Made by a program: the position numbers and the translations under genes. Shown here piece after piece: positions 1-10,560 of a stretch of 64,000 nt of DNA. Below the pieces are notes generated by a model. That model saw only the letters and a list, made by a program, of their open reading frames with translations. It did not search any database and had not been told where the DNA came from. Position 1 is the stretch's first letter. Each line of letters starts with the position of its first letter. The stretch comes from an uncultured cyanobacterium. GTDB lineage: Bacteria > Cyanobacteriota > Cyanobacteriia > Cyanobacteriales > Cyanobacteriaceae. Where the stretch lies: positions 864,001-928,000 of the forward strand of contig CAVQBA010000004.1 of the NCBI GenBank assembly GCA_963710605.1, given 5' to 3'.

Positions 1-528
1 CCCTCTTTCACCTAACCTATCAGCAATTTTTAAAGCTAACTCTACACCACTATATCCACCACCAACTACTGCCACTCTGATGATTTCTTGGTCTAAATAT
101 TCAAGGTTTCTCAGTTTTTCTTTTAATCTATAGGCATGATCTAAAGTACGAAATGGAATAGCATATTCTTTCGCTCCTTCAACTATCTCCACTGGTGTTT
201 TGCCACCTAAAGCGACGACTAATCGATCGTAACTAACATTATCATGATTTTCTAAAACCACTTCTTGAGTCGTGTTATCAATATCAACAACTTTGTCTTG
301 AATAAAACGAATCGGGGTATTTGCCAACAAATCGACATAATAAGGGGCAACTTCCCAGCTTTGCATCTCTTCGGTTACTAATTCATACAGTAAAGGAGAA
401 AAGACAAAACGATCGTTTTGTTCGATTAAAATAATTTCAGGTATAGAATCACTCCAATCTAAGTCTTTAAGTTTTAGGGCTGTATATAACCCACCAAAAC
501 CACCACCGACAATAACTATTTTTTTCAT
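1..528 (-). CDS. ndbB: Type II NADH dehydrogenase family / demethylphylloquinone reductase (runs off the left edge)
   Basis: Not in the ORF track. Manual translation from ATG at 528 gives MKKIVIVGGGFGGLYTALKL...FVFSPLLYELVTEEMQSWEVAP...YDRLVVALGG...VAVVGGGYSGVELA, with two GxGxxG motifs resembling cyanobacterial NdbB. Confidence 0.85.
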   Translation of the reverse strand, partial: MKKIVIVGGGFGGLYTALKLKDLDWSDSIPEIILIEQNDRFVFSPLLYELVTEEMQSWEVAPYYVDLLANTPIRFIQDKVVDIDNTTQEVVLENHDNVSYDRLVVALGGKTPVEIVEGAKEYAIPFRTLDHAYRLKEKLRNLEYLDQEIIRVAVVGGGYSGVELALKIADRLGERG

Positions 529-666
529 TTTTACTACTATTTATTTCTATTTTAATTTAATTATTTTGCAAATAAATAGATTTGGGGTAACTATTTTCTT
601 CTCTTTTAGCTTAAAAACAGATAAATGCACAATACCCTTAGTTAAAGATAATTAATTAATGTTAAA

Positions 667-1170
667 TTAAATAGGAGAGATTAATTCATCAGGCTCAAGA
701 ATAAAGATTGTTTTTTGCTCTTGTGGTTGCTCAACATCTAATTCAGTCATAAAAACATGAGAAGCTATTTTTAAAGTATCAGCATGACGGTAAGAATTAG
801 GTAATGCACGAATCATTTCTAATTTAACATCATATAGCTCTGGACTATTTTTGATTATAATACCAAAAGTTTCTCCCGCACTATTAGTGACTAACAACAA
901 ATATCTTTTATCATCAGGGTTAAGGGTTTGAGCGACGTTAAATAATTGTTGATGTAAATCAATTACTGTAATTTCTTTATTACCGATATTAACCAAACCA
1001 TAATGATTTAAACCACTTCCTGTGACTGCAGAATAATTAATTACTTTTTGTACAGTATCGATCGATAAAGCTGCGTTAAGATTACCAATAGCAAATACTA
1101 ATAATTTAATCGTCTTACTCTTACCCTTAACCGCAGATTTAGACAATAAATTGGCATTATTCATAATCAA
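667..1170 (-). CDS. CheW-like chemotaxis coupling protein
   Basis: LLVFAIGNLNAALSIDTVQKVI...GLVNIGNKEITVIDL...FGIII pattern typical of CheW domains. Confidence 0.75.
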   Translation of the reverse strand: MIMNNANLLSKSAVKGKSKTIKLLVFAIGNLNAALSIDTVQKVINYSAVTGSGLNHYGLVNIGNKEITVIDLHQQLFNVAQTLNPDDKRYLLLVTNSAGETFGIIIKNSPELYDVKLEMIRALPNSYRHADTLKIASHVFMTELDVEQPQEQKTIFILEPDELISPI

Positions 1171-1379
1171 ACAACAACTAGAAACTATTTAATCTTAGTT
1201 TAATCCAAAATAGTTAAAATAATCACAATACATATGTACAGAATAAGTTCAAGAAGCTAAAATAAAAGAACAGCAACATAATACTTATAGACTATTAAGC
1301 CATTTATTTAATTCTCGATTGAAAATTTATTTGTAGCGGATAGATTTATCTCAATTTATACAGAGAATGATTTCAAAGT

Positions 1380-1405
1380 ATTCTCCATTCTCCATTCTCC
1401 ATTCT
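1380..1405. repeat. Heptamer tandem repeat (ATTCTCC)x3+, STRR-type
   Basis: attctcc attctcc attctcc attct just upstream of the sbcC start. Confidence 0.85.
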
Positions 1406-1412
1406 TATACGC

Positions 1413-4400
1413 ATGATTCCCAAAAAAATAATTCTTCAAAATTTTCTTAGTTATCGTCAAGCCGAATTAGATTTTAGCCAATTGCATACCGCTTGTATTT
1501 GTGGTGAAAATGGTGCGGGTAAATCCTCTTTATTAGAAGCGATTAGTTGGGCGGTATGGGGTAAGACTCGTGCTTCTTCCGATGATGATTTAGTTTATTT
1601 AGGGCAAAAAGATATGCGAGTTGATTATGAATTTTTTTATAATCAGCAAATTTATCGTATCATTCGTAGTCGGCGAAAAAAAGGCAGTGGTAGTCTCGAT
1701 TTTCAAATTAAACACAACGATAAATATCAATCAATTTCAGGTAAAGGTATTAAAGATACTGGAGATAAAATTGTTGAATGTCTTAAAATTGATTATCATA
1801 CCTTCATTAATTCTGCTTATTTAAGACAGGGTAGGGCGGATGAATTTATGCAAAATAAACCCGCAGAAAGAAAAAAAATATTAGCCAATTTATTAAAGTT
1901 AGATCAATATGATATCCTCGCTAACGAAGCTAAAGATTTAGCTAAACAATACAAAATTCGTAGTGAAGAAACTCATCGTCATTTAGAAGAACAAAAATCA
2001 CAAATAGAAGCTAAAGAAACGATCGAGTTAGACCTAAAAAATACTAATCAAGAATTAATTTACCATCAAGATAAACTAGAACAAGTTAATAGTCAACTTC
2101 AAAAAATTAAAACTTTAAACAATAATCGTATTTCACTGTTTGAGCGATTAAACTGGCAAAAAAATCAATTACAAAATAGCAATCGAAAAATTAGTCAGCT
2201 TAATCAAGAAAAACAATCATTAGAGCAGGATTTAGCTAAAATAAATTCGACCTTACAGCAACAAGAAACTATTACCAATAATTATCAAAAACTAGAATAT
2301 CTGAGAAAAGAAGATAACGAATTAAATATCAAGTTCAATCTTTACCAAAAACTATTAATAAACAAGCAAAGTTTAGAAAAACAACTAAATCAAACTACTA
2401 ACAAAATAATACTTGAAACAGAAAGACAAAAAGCTAACCTTGATAATTTATTACGAGAAGAAAAAGAATTACAAAAAATAGTTGGTAATAGTCATAACTT
2501 AACCGCCGAATTAGAAACTCTTCAATCTTATCGTCAAAGATTAGCTCAATTAGACGAATTACAATTACAAATCACTCCTTTAAGACAAAAAAAACAAACT
2601 ATTCAAAATGAATTAAAAGCTAAAGCTAGTAAACTAGAAGCAAAATTAGAGCAACTCATTAAACAAGAAAATCAACTTAAAGACAAACTTGCTCAAGTGC
2701 CTGTTATTAGAGATAAATTTTTAAATTTAGAAAAACAATTACAAACCATCACAGATTCTCGTAATTATCAAAAAAGAATTAAAGAAAAAGGCGAAAAACA
2801 AAAAGAATTACAACAACAATACTATACTGATAAAAATAGTTTAATTAAACAAATGAAAGAGCTACAAAAAAAGCTGAAGACATTACATCAAGATCATGCT
2901 ATTTGCCCATTATGTGAAAGAGATTTAGACGAAACACATTTACATCAAGTTATTCAAAAAACCGAAACACAAAAACAACAAATAGAATCAGAATCTTGGT
3001 ATTTAGAAGAACAAATTATTGACGCTCAAAGAAAATTAGATGAATTAAGAACAGAATACGCTCAAATTAACCAAGAATTAGCAATCGAAGATAGTTTAAA
3101 ACAACAACAAGCGAAACTAGAAAATAAGCTTGAGTCCAGTGATGAATTACGTGAAGAATCTGAACAATTAGAAGCAGAAAAACAAGAAATAGAAGAATTA
3201 TTAATTAACCACAAATTTGCTGTACCTCTGACTAAAGAATTAGAGCAAATTATTCAACAAATAAAAGAGCTAAATTATAACGAAGAAGATCATACCTTAT
3301 TACGTAAACAAGAAGCCGATTTACGTAAAGTAGAATATCAGCAACTTAAAATTAAAGATTCCCAAAAAAAACTTGCACAAATATTACAAAGAAAACCTCA
3401 ATTAGAAACTAAAATTGTCGAACTCGAAAAACAATTACAAGAGATAACTAAAACTTCTGATTTACAATTAAAAATTAATGCAGTTGAAAGTGAAATTAAA
3501 GAACTTGATTACGATACTAAAAATCATAACCAAATTCGTCAATTGTTACAAGAATTACGCCCTTACCAAATTCTTTATAGCGATTTACAGCAAGCTCAAA
3601 AACAACATTTACCTCTCACCCAAAAACTTGAGCAAATTACAACTAATCTAAAACAGTATCAAGTTGAGAAAAATAATGGGCAAGAAGAATTAGACAAGAT
3701 TAGCCAACAATTAAATAAACTAACTGACTATAGCGGTGAATTATCAAAATTAGAAACAGAATCTTCTTTTTGTCGTCAAAATCTCAATGACTTATTAACT
3801 AAAAAAGGGCGTTTAGAGCAATCAATTCATAATTTAGAAGATAGAGAAGAAATTCTCAAACAGTTAAGTGCAAAAGTGCAAGACATAGATAAAAACCATC
3901 GTATCTATGATGAATTAACTAAAGCTTTTGGTAAAAATGGAATTCAGTCTTTGATGATTGAAAATATTTTACCTCAACTAGAAATTGAAGCTAATCATAT
4001 TTTGAGCCGTTTAACCGCAAATCAATTACACGTTCAATTTGTGACTCAAAAACCGATGGCAAGTAATACTAAATCTAATACCAAAAAATTTAAAGATACC
4101 TTAGAGATTATTATTGCTGATGCTAATGGTAGTCGATCGTACGAAACTTATTCAGGTGGTGAAGCTTTTCGGATCAATTTTTCGATTCGTCTAGCACTAT
4201 CTCGTATTTTAGCTCAACGATCGGGTACTCCTTTACAATTATTAATCATTGATGAGGGTTTCGGCACTCAAGATTCTCATGGTTGCGAACGTTTAATTGC
4301 GGCTTTAAATGCGATCGCATCTGAATTTGCTTGTATCTTAACTGTTACTCATGTCACCCAATTTAAAGAAGCATTTGATACCCGAATTGAAGTTTATAAA

Positions 4401-4436
4401 ACCGAGAATGGTTCACAAATACGTCTTTCTAGTTAA
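1413..4436 (+). CDS. sbcC: Exonuclease SbcC (Rad50/SMC-like ATPase)
   Basis: Walker A GENGAGKS, long coiled coil, CPLC zinc hook, YSGGE signature, Walker B IIDEGFG. Confidence 0.95.
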   Translation: MIPKKIILQNFLSYRQAELDFSQLHTACICGENGAGKSSLLEAISWAVWGKTRASSDDDLVYLGQKDMRVDYEFFYNQQIYRIIRSRRKKGSGSLDFQIKHNDKYQSISGKGIKDTGDKIVECLKIDYHTFINSAYLRQGRADEFMQNKPAERKKILANLLKLDQYDILANEAKDLAKQYKIRSEETHRHLEEQKSQIEAKETIELDLKNTNQELIYHQDKLEQVNSQLQKIKTLNNNRISLFERLNWQKNQLQNSNRKISQLNQEKQSLEQDLAKINSTLQQQETITNNYQKLEYLRKEDNELNIKFNLYQKLLINKQSLEKQLNQTTNKIILETERQKANLDNLLREEKELQKIVGNSHNLTAELETLQSYRQRLAQLDELQLQITPLRQKKQTIQNELKAKASKLEAKLEQLIKQENQLKDKLAQVPVIRDKFLNLEKQLQTITDSRNYQKRIKEKGEKQKELQQQYYTDKNSLIKQMKELQKKLKTLHQDHAICPLCERDLDETHLHQVIQKTETQKQQIESESWYLEEQIIDAQRKLDELRTEYAQINQELAIEDSLKQQQAKLENKLESSDELREESEQLEAEKQEIEELLINHKFAVPLTKELEQIIQQIKELNYNEEDHTLLRKQEADLRKVEYQQLKIKDSQKKLAQILQRKPQLETKIVELEKQLQEITKTSDLQLKINAVESEIKELDYDTKNHNQIRQLLQELRPYQILYSDLQQAQKQHLPLTQKLEQITTNLKQYQVEKNNGQEELDKISQQLNKLTDYSGELSKLETESSFCRQNLNDLLTKKGRLEQSIHNLEDREEILKQLSAKVQDIDKNHRIYDELTKAFGKNGIQSLMIENILPQLEIEANHILSRLTANQLHVQFVTQKPMASNTKSNTKKFKDTLEIIIADANGSRSYETYSGGEAFRINFSIRLALSRILAQRSGTPLQLLIIDEGFGTQDSHGCERLIAALNAIASEFACILTVTHVTQFKEAFDTRIEVYKTENGSQIRLSS

Positions 4437-4454
4437 AAAACGATCGAACTTCTG

Positions 4455-4483
4455 TTGCAAACACTCAATTAATTCGTTATAGT
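4455..4483 (+). promoter_or_regulatory. Putative sigma70 promoter of tRNA-Ser
   Basis: TTGCAA-N17-TATAGT, 23 nt upstream of the tRNA. Confidence 0.55.
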
Positions 4484-4506
4484 ATGTAACTGTGTCATTA
4501 TCTTCT

Positions 4507-4593
4507 GGAGAGGTGGCCGAGTGGTTGAAGGCGCAGCACTGGAAATGCTGTTTGCATTTACTTGTAACGAGGGTTCGAATCCCTCCCTCTCCG
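4507..4593 (+). tRNA. trnS: tRNA-Ser(GGA)
   Basis: GGAGAGG acceptor stem, anticodon arm CAGCA-CTGGAAA-TGCTG, long variable arm, GGTTCGAATCC T-loop. Confidence 0.95.
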
Positions 4594-4803
4594 TTTCAAT
4601 TTATAACTCTTTACTTGTAACTATTTTTTCTTTCTTCACAATATAGAAAATAATGGTTAACCTGTATTTCAAATAAAATTAGAAAATGAGTGAATTTAGC
4701 TTATAGACAAGAGTGCGTATAACTCTTAAATCTTGATATGTGTTTTAACTTATTACTCATTTTGTTAAGCATTTACGATTAATTGTAAAGTAATATTACA
4801 AAA

Positions 4804-4856
4804 AAGACGCTATTATGGGGTAACGTCTTGACAGTTAAAAATAAAAAAGTTAAATT
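4804..4856 (+). promoter_or_regulatory. Sigma70 promoter with an inverted repeat overlapping the -35
   Basis: TTGACA (4828-4833)-N17-TAAATT (4851-4856); AAGACG-N14-CGTCTT inverted repeat at 4804-4829. Confidence 0.6.
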
Positions 4857-4877
4857 AGATTCATCGCACTAGGGCAT

Positions 4878-5240
4878 ATGAAAACAAAAGCGAATATGCA
4901 AGAAAAGCAAAAAGTTACTCTTTATCTTCCTCCTATACTGCATCGTCAACTGAAAGTGAAAGCGGCGATCGAAACTGATTCGATGTCGGCACTAGTAGAA
5001 AAAGCAATCTCGTTTTATCTACAACATCCAGAGGCAGTAGAAGAAACTCAAGCCAATTACGGCACAACCCATCAAGTACATGTTTGCCCCGAATGCAATG
5101 CAGCGGCGGTAATCAGAGATGGACAAATGATTTCTTTAAAAAACCAACCTGGAATAGTTGATGAAGAGTTTCCGCTAATGGGCGAATCTCATTCTGTAAA
5201 TCAAGATACAGAAGGTCAAGAAGAATTGATACCTTGCTAA
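4878..5240 (+). CDS. Ribbon-helix-helix (CopG-like) protein with a CxxC-containing C-terminal part; start may be 4896
   Basis: KQKVTLYLPPILHRQLKVKAAIETDSMSALVEKAISFYL fits an RHH pattern; HVCPEC downstream. Confidence 0.7.
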   Translation: MKTKANMQEKQKVTLYLPPILHRQLKVKAAIETDSMSALVEKAISFYLQHPEAVEETQANYGTTHQVHVCPECNAAAVIRDGQMISLKNQPGIVDEEFPLMGESHSVNQDTEGQEELIPC

Positions 5241-5293
5241 ACGGCAATAATCAGCCGTTATAGACTAAAGCTAAAACCAATGAGGTTGATCCC

Positions 5294-6817
5294 ATGAAAG
5301 AAGAATTAAGTACTCTAATTAAAGCTCAATACCCTCTGATTTACTTAGTGACATCAGAAGAAGAAAGAGCAGAAAATGCGATCTCAAGTATTGTACATCA
5401 AAGCGATCGTCAAAACAGTAAACGTATATTCTTATGGACAGTTACTCGTGGTTTGTATGACTTAGCCGATTCTAACGGTCAATCAGTTCAGCGAAATACA
5501 GTTTCACCTGAAGCCGCCATTGATTGGGTTATTAGACACAAAGAAACAGGTATATATATCTTCAAAGACTTACATCCTTATCTAGATTCACCTCCTGTGA
5601 CTAGAAGTTTACGAGATGCGATCGCTAGTTTTAAAGGAACGGATAAAATCATCATTTTGATGTCGCCTTATCAACAAGTTCCCCTAGAATTAGAGAAAGA
5701 CTTAGTCGTTTTAGACTTTCCCTTACCCAAAGCAAATGAACTTGATCAAGTTTTAGAAAAAGCAGTTACAAAATCTAAAACCAAGCATTTACCAGCAGAA
5801 GGAAGAGAAAAGTTACGTCGAGCCGCATTAGGTTTAACGATCGATGAAGCTGAAAAAGTATATCGTAAAGCACTCGTCAAAGCAGGTAAACTAACCGAAG
5901 AAGAAGTTGAAATCGTCTTATCAGAGAAAAAACAACTAATTCGTCGTAACGGAATCCTTGATTTTATGGAAGAAGACGCAACCATTCGTGGAGTAGGAGG
6001 ATTAGAAGAACTGAAAAGATGGTTAACTCAAAGAACTCAAGCATTTAGTGAAAAAGCCAGAACTTATGGCTTACCTCAACCAAAAGGAATGTTAATTTTA
6101 GGTGTTCCCGGATGTGGTAAATCACTAATAGCCAAAACAACAGCCAAGTTATGGGGTTTACCTTTATTAAGGCTGGATATGGGTAGAGTATATGACGGTT
6201 CAACGGTAGGTAAATCTGAAGCTAACCTCCGTAGTGCTTTAAAAACAGCAGAATCAATTTCACCCGCAATTTTGTTTATCGATGAATTAGACAAAGCATT
6301 TGCAGGAGGAGCAGGCTCAGGCGATTCCGATGGTGGAACATCAAGTCGTATCTTTGGTTCATTTTTAACTTGGATGCAGGAAAAAACTTCTCCTGTATTT
6401 GTAATGGCCACAGCTAATCGCATCGAAAAACTACCTAGCGAATTCTTAAGAAAAGGTCGCTTTGATGAAATATTTTTCGTCGATTTACCCAGTAGAGAAG
6501 AAAGAGAAGCTATCTTCCAAATACATTTACAAAAACGTCGTCCTAATGACATCGGTCGTTTCGACATCAAAGAATTATCCAGTATTTCTGACGGATTTTC
6601 CGGGGCAGAGATTGAGCAAGCAATTATCGCCGCTATGTATGAAGCATTCGCTCAAGAGCGAGAATTTACACAGCTAGAGATAATCGCCGCCATCAAATCT
6701 ACATTACCTCTGTCTCGTACCATGATTGAACAGGTCACCGCACTACGAGATTGGGCTCGACAACGAGCTAGACCTGCGTCAGCCTCCATCGCCGAATATC
6801 AACGGATGGAGTTTTAA
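5294..6817 (+). CDS. ycf46: Ycf46-family AAA+ ATPase
   Basis: N-terminal YPLIYLVTSEEERA; VGGLEELKRWL, GVPGCGKS, LFIDELDK, ATAN, LRKGRFDEIFFVDLP. Confidence 0.9.
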   Translation: MKEELSTLIKAQYPLIYLVTSEEERAENAISSIVHQSDRQNSKRIFLWTVTRGLYDLADSNGQSVQRNTVSPEAAIDWVIRHKETGIYIFKDLHPYLDSPPVTRSLRDAIASFKGTDKIIILMSPYQQVPLELEKDLVVLDFPLPKANELDQVLEKAVTKSKTKHLPAEGREKLRRAALGLTIDEAEKVYRKALVKAGKLTEEEVEIVLSEKKQLIRRNGILDFMEEDATIRGVGGLEELKRWLTQRTQAFSEKARTYGLPQPKGMLILGVPGCGKSLIAKTTAKLWGLPLLRLDMGRVYDGSTVGKSEANLRSALKTAESISPAILFIDELDKAFAGGAGSGDSDGGTSSRIFGSFLTWMQEKTSPVFVMATANRIEKLPSEFLRKGRFDEIFFVDLPSREEREAIFQIHLQKRRPNDIGRFDIKELSSISDGFSGAEIEQAIIAAMYEAFAQEREFTQLEIIAAIKSTLPLSRTMIEQVTALRDWARQRARPASASIAEYQRMEF

Positions 6818-6948
6818 AAGGCTTTCTCCCTTTCTGTGAGAAAGGTTAACTAAATTTAGTTAACAGTATCACCCAGCACATTACGTGCCTCATTAAATTA
6901 ACTTACATTGTTTGTTGTATTAAATTAATCTTATTGGAGGAAATATCC

Positions 6949-7299
6949 ATGTCTCACTTTAGCACTTTACGCACCAAAATTAGTAACGCTGAAATTTTAA
7001 CAAGCTCTTTAAGCAACTTAGGTATTGAAGTCAAAACCGATGCCGATGTACGTGGTTACAATGGTCAACGTTTACGCGCTGATATAGTAGCTGTATTAGA
7101 AGGAGAATATGATTTAGGTTGGTCTCGTAATGCTGATGGTAGCTTTGACCTAATCGCTGATCTTTGGGGTGTTGCTAAAAAACACAATCAAACAGAATTG
7201 ATTAACTCTATTAACCAAAAATATGCTGTTAGTCAAACATTAAATGACGTTAAGCAACGTGGTTTACAAAATGCCAATGTTAAGTTAGTACTTAAATAA
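6949..7299 (+). CDS. ycf35: Ycf35 / DUF1257 protein
   Basis: MSHFSTLRTKI...VRGYNGQ...YDLGW...FDLIADLW; GGAGG RBS before ATG 6949. Confidence 0.9.
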   Translation: MSHFSTLRTKISNAEILTSSLSNLGIEVKTDADVRGYNGQRLRADIVAVLEGEYDLGWSRNADGSFDLIADLWGVAKKHNQTELINSINQKYAVSQTLNDVKQRGLQNANVKLVLK

Positions 7300-7332
7300 A
7301 GCTATTTTGCTCACAATGCCTTTACAGATTTG

Positions 7333-7366
7333 GGGTTAATCAACATAATTTGATTAGCCCTTTTTT
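7333..7366 (+). terminator. Rho-independent terminator
   Basis: GGGTTAATCAA-cataat-TTGATTAGCCC followed by T6. Confidence 0.8.
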
Positions 7367-7456
7367 AATGAAAAAAAAGTTTTTTCTCAAATCTTTATCG
7401 TTGAGCCTAAAAATAGCTATACTAAAAATCGATCAAGCAAAATATTCATTTGTTGA

Positions 7457-8965
7457 ATGGTTCTGAGCTATTGTCTAAATCCAAGCTGTACTAGTCCGCA
7501 AAATCCTGCTCATTTAAAAGTTTGTCAAAATTGTGGAACAACCTTAATCCTCAATAATCGTTACCGCCCCGTTAAAAAAATTGGTAAAGGTGGGTTTGGC
7601 GCAACTTTCTTGAGTATTGATTTATCCTTACCAGGTAATCCTATTTGTGTGATAAAGCAATTACGCCCCTCGGCAAACGATGAAGAAGGGTTTCAAATGG
7701 CTTTGGATTTATTTGAAAGAGAAGCGAAAACTCTTGGTAAATTAGATCATCCTCAAATACCTCGCCTATTAGATTATTTTGAACAGGGAAAACACTTCTA
7801 TTTAGTTCAATCTTGGGTAAGAGGAAAAACTCTACAACAACTTGTTAAGCAAAATGGCGTATTTGATGAGAATCAGATTAGACATTTTATTAAAGAAATA
7901 CTCCTCATACTGAAATACATTCACTCGGTTAAAGTTATTCACAGAGATATTAAACCGGCTAATATAATTTCTCGTGAACAAGATAATAAAATGGTTTTGA
8001 TTGATTTTGGTGCAGTAAAAGATCAAGTCAATACAGAACTTGCTAAAAAATATAGTCGAACAGCACTTACAGAGTTTGCTGTCGGTACGATGGGTTTTGC
8101 TCCACCTGAGCAATTAGCTATGCGTCCTATTTATTCTAGCGATCTTTATGCAGTAGGAGCAACTTGTTTATATTTAATGACGGGTAAATCTCCTCGTGAA
8201 TTTCCTTGCGATGAATTGACAGGTGAATTACTTTGGAAACAAAAATTAAAAATAAGTCCATCCTTAGAAAAAGTAATAGAAAAGTTGTTAGAAGTTGATC
8301 TTCGTTGTCGTTATCAACAAGTTGATGAGGTGGTAAGTGATTTAGAAATAGTACCCTATCAAGAACAATTAGAAGGCGGTTTGTTAAATAGTCCTACTTC
8401 TAGTCAATCACAACCAACTACTGAATCTGATGATGATAGTTTAGATGATAGTTATACTCATATCTCGGCTACAACTCGTCTAGCAATGGCTATTAGAGCC
8501 AGAAAAACTCGTAAAGGAAACAAACAATTAATTAAAGCTATCACCCCTGAATCTTTGTTGATTTCTTATAATGGAGGGAGAAAAGATTTTAGTCAGCAAA
8601 ACCTGATTGATTTCGATTTATCTTTTGCTAGGATACCTAAAATTAGTTTTCGTAGTTGTCAAATGAAAAATATTAGTATTCCTGAAAGCAATTTGCAAGG
8701 TGCTAATTTTTATGGTAGTGATTTGAGTTATGCTAATTTGAACAAAGCTTATCTTAAAGAAGCGTATTTTCTTAAAGCTAATTTGCAATGGGCAGATTTA
8801 CGTCATACTAATTTAAAAAGAGCTAATTTTGAAGGTGCAAATCTTGAGCAAACTAATTTATGCGGTGCTAATTTAACTGGTGCTAAGATTACCAAAAAAC
8901 AATTAGAAGAGGCTCAAACTAATTGGAATACGATTATGCCTGATGGTAAAAGACGTATGTGGTAA
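7457..8965 (+). CDS. Ser/Thr protein kinase with 4-Cys prefix and C-terminal pentapeptide repeats (SpkB-like)
   Basis: YCLNPSC...CQNCG, IGKGGFG, HRDIKPAN, IDFG, and A(N/D)Lxx repeats. Confidence 0.92.
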   Translation: MVLSYCLNPSCTSPQNPAHLKVCQNCGTTLILNNRYRPVKKIGKGGFGATFLSIDLSLPGNPICVIKQLRPSANDEEGFQMALDLFEREAKTLGKLDHPQIPRLLDYFEQGKHFYLVQSWVRGKTLQQLVKQNGVFDENQIRHFIKEILLILKYIHSVKVIHRDIKPANIISREQDNKMVLIDFGAVKDQVNTELAKKYSRTALTEFAVGTMGFAPPEQLAMRPIYSSDLYAVGATCLYLMTGKSPREFPCDELTGELLWKQKLKISPSLEKVIEKLLEVDLRCRYQQVDEVVSDLEIVPYQEQLEGGLLNSPTSSQSQPTTESDDDSLDDSYTHISATTRLAMAIRARKTRKGNKQLIKAITPESLLISYNGGRKDFSQQNLIDFDLSFARIPKISFRSCQMKNISIPESNLQGANFYGSDLSYANLNKAYLKEAYFLKANLQWADLRHTNLKRANFEGANLEQTNLCGANLTGAKITKKQLEEAQTNWNTIMPDGKRRMW

Positions 8966-9167
8966 TTAACAATCGATTAAGATTAGGGATTAGGACGATA
9001 AAAATAAAAAATACAAAATAAAAAGTATTAATTCTCGTCTTGATGAATATTCGGTATCTTGGTTGAGCGATAATTCATCTCAATTCTATTATTATCTATT
9101 CATTACTTGTTGTTTTTTGATTAATGGTTTAGAATAGCATAAGCTGTAAAATAAGTTTATAGTGCAT

Positions 9168-9240
9168 GGGGCTATAACTCAGTTGGTAGAGTGTCACAAT
9201 GGCATTGTGAAAGTCAGCGGTTCGAATCCGCTTAGCTCCA
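9168..9240 (+). tRNA. trnA: tRNA-Ala(GGC)
   Basis: GGGGCTA...TAGCTCCA acceptor stem with G3:U70; anticodon loop ATGGCAT; GGTTCGAATCC. Confidence 0.95.
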
Positions 9241-9309
9241 TTTTTTCTCTCTCAAAAAGAATCTATAGTTATATTGATAATTTATATAGCTGTAGTTCTT
9301 TTTGCTATT

Positions 9310-10560
9310 TTAAATAAAATTGCCACCAGATTTAGCGAGCAAGGCTGTACCAAAAGCCGCTTGTGTTTGAGCAGATATTCTGACGGGTACATTCAATTGT
9401 TTTTCTCGAATCTTTCGCCAAACAGCGTTTTTTGCCCCTCCTCCTGCTGTATAAACTTGTGTAAGTGAGTTTGCTCCTAATTCTTCTAGAAGTCGATAAC
9501 CTTGTGCTTCTATACGAGCTATTCCTTCAAATAATCCTTGTAAGAAAATATGTCGATCGTTTGAGCGAGGAGTTAGTACTGGCTCTAAATCAGGATTGTT
9601 AATCGGAAACCTTTCCCCTTTGTTTAAGAGAGGATAATATTCTAAGTTAGTCTGATAATCGGGATTAATTTGTTGAGTTAATTGTTCTAATTCTCGATCG
9701 TCAAAAAAGTTTTTGAGTACAGCACCACCAGTATTAGAAGCACCGCCAACTAACCATAAATTACCTAACTTATGGCTATAAATACCATAATGACTATCAT
9801 CAATTTTTTGCTCACTTAATAATTTTAAAACTAAAGTTGAACCTAAAGATGTAACCGCTTCACCAACAGTATTTACGCCACTAGCTAAAAAGGCGGCAAT
9901 ACTATCGGTTGTTCCTGCTTTTACTACACAATCGGGATTAATATGATACTTTTGGGCAATATTGCTTTTAATGAGACTAATCTCTTCTCCTGGAGTTTTC
10001 ACTTGAGGTAACACCGAGACAAAAGGTTGATTTTGAAGCCAAAGAGGATATTCTAAATTGATTAAATCGTAACCTAACTTCAGAGCATTATGATAATCAC
10101 TAATGCCTAATTGTCCATGTAACAAAAACCCCAGCCAATCAGCTTGATGTAATAAATAATAGTCATCTTGCCATGAAACTTCTTGGTAGTAATAATGAAG
10201 TTTGGCTAAACTAGAAGTGGCACTCAAACAATAATGATTTTCAGGTACTATTTGCTTAAGTTGAGTTAAATATTTTTTAGCTCTATTATCGTTATACCAA
10301 AGAGGTTCGGTAACTACATTACCTAAACGATCGCATAATATTACAGTACTAGACGTGGCATCAATAGCGATCGCTTTCAAGTGTTGAGAAATAGAGTCAG
10401 GAATTTGTCGCAACAAAGATTCTAAAGCTTGTTGCCAATGATGAGGATTCTGATAACCAGACTGATTGGCAACAAGTGTCAAAATAATATTTTGTTGATC
10501 ATCAATAACGATCGCTCTAGCACCCGATGTACCAAAATCTAAACCTAAAAAATAAGACAA
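9310..10560 (-). CDS. FGGY-family carbohydrate kinase (D-ribulose kinase-like)
   Basis: LGLDFGTSGARA, GTTDSIAAF, SLGSTLVLK, GGASNTGG, AGGGAKN. Confidence 0.9.
   Translation of the reverse strand: MSYFLGLDFGTSGARAIVIDDQQNIILTLVANQSGYQNPHHWQQALESLLRQIPDSISQHLKAIAIDATSSTVILCDRLGNVVTEPLWYNDNRAKKYLTQLKQIVPENHYCLSATSSLAKLHYYYQEVSWQDDYYLLHQADWLGFLLHGQLGISDYHNALKLGYDLINLEYPLWLQNQPFVSVLPQVKTPGEEISLIKSNIAQKYHINPDCVVKAGTTDSIAAFLASGVNTVGEAVTSLGSTLVLKLLSEQKIDDSHYGIYSHKLGNLWLVGGASNTGGAVLKNFFDDRELEQLTQQINPDYQTNLEYYPLLNKGERFPINNPDLEPVLTPRSNDRHIFLQGLFEGIARIEAQGYRLLEELGANSLTQVYTAGGGAKNAVWRKIREKQLNVPVRISAQTQAAFGTALLAKSGGNFI

Noticed and set aside
4784-4800. NtcA box TGTA...TACA
   Set aside because: Spacing is GTA-N9-TAC rather than N8.
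4507-7366. tRNA-anchored genomic island at tRNA-Ser (or tRNA-Ala)
   Set aside because: No integrase and no duplicated tRNA 3' end seen; the downstream genes are conserved cyanobacterial genes.
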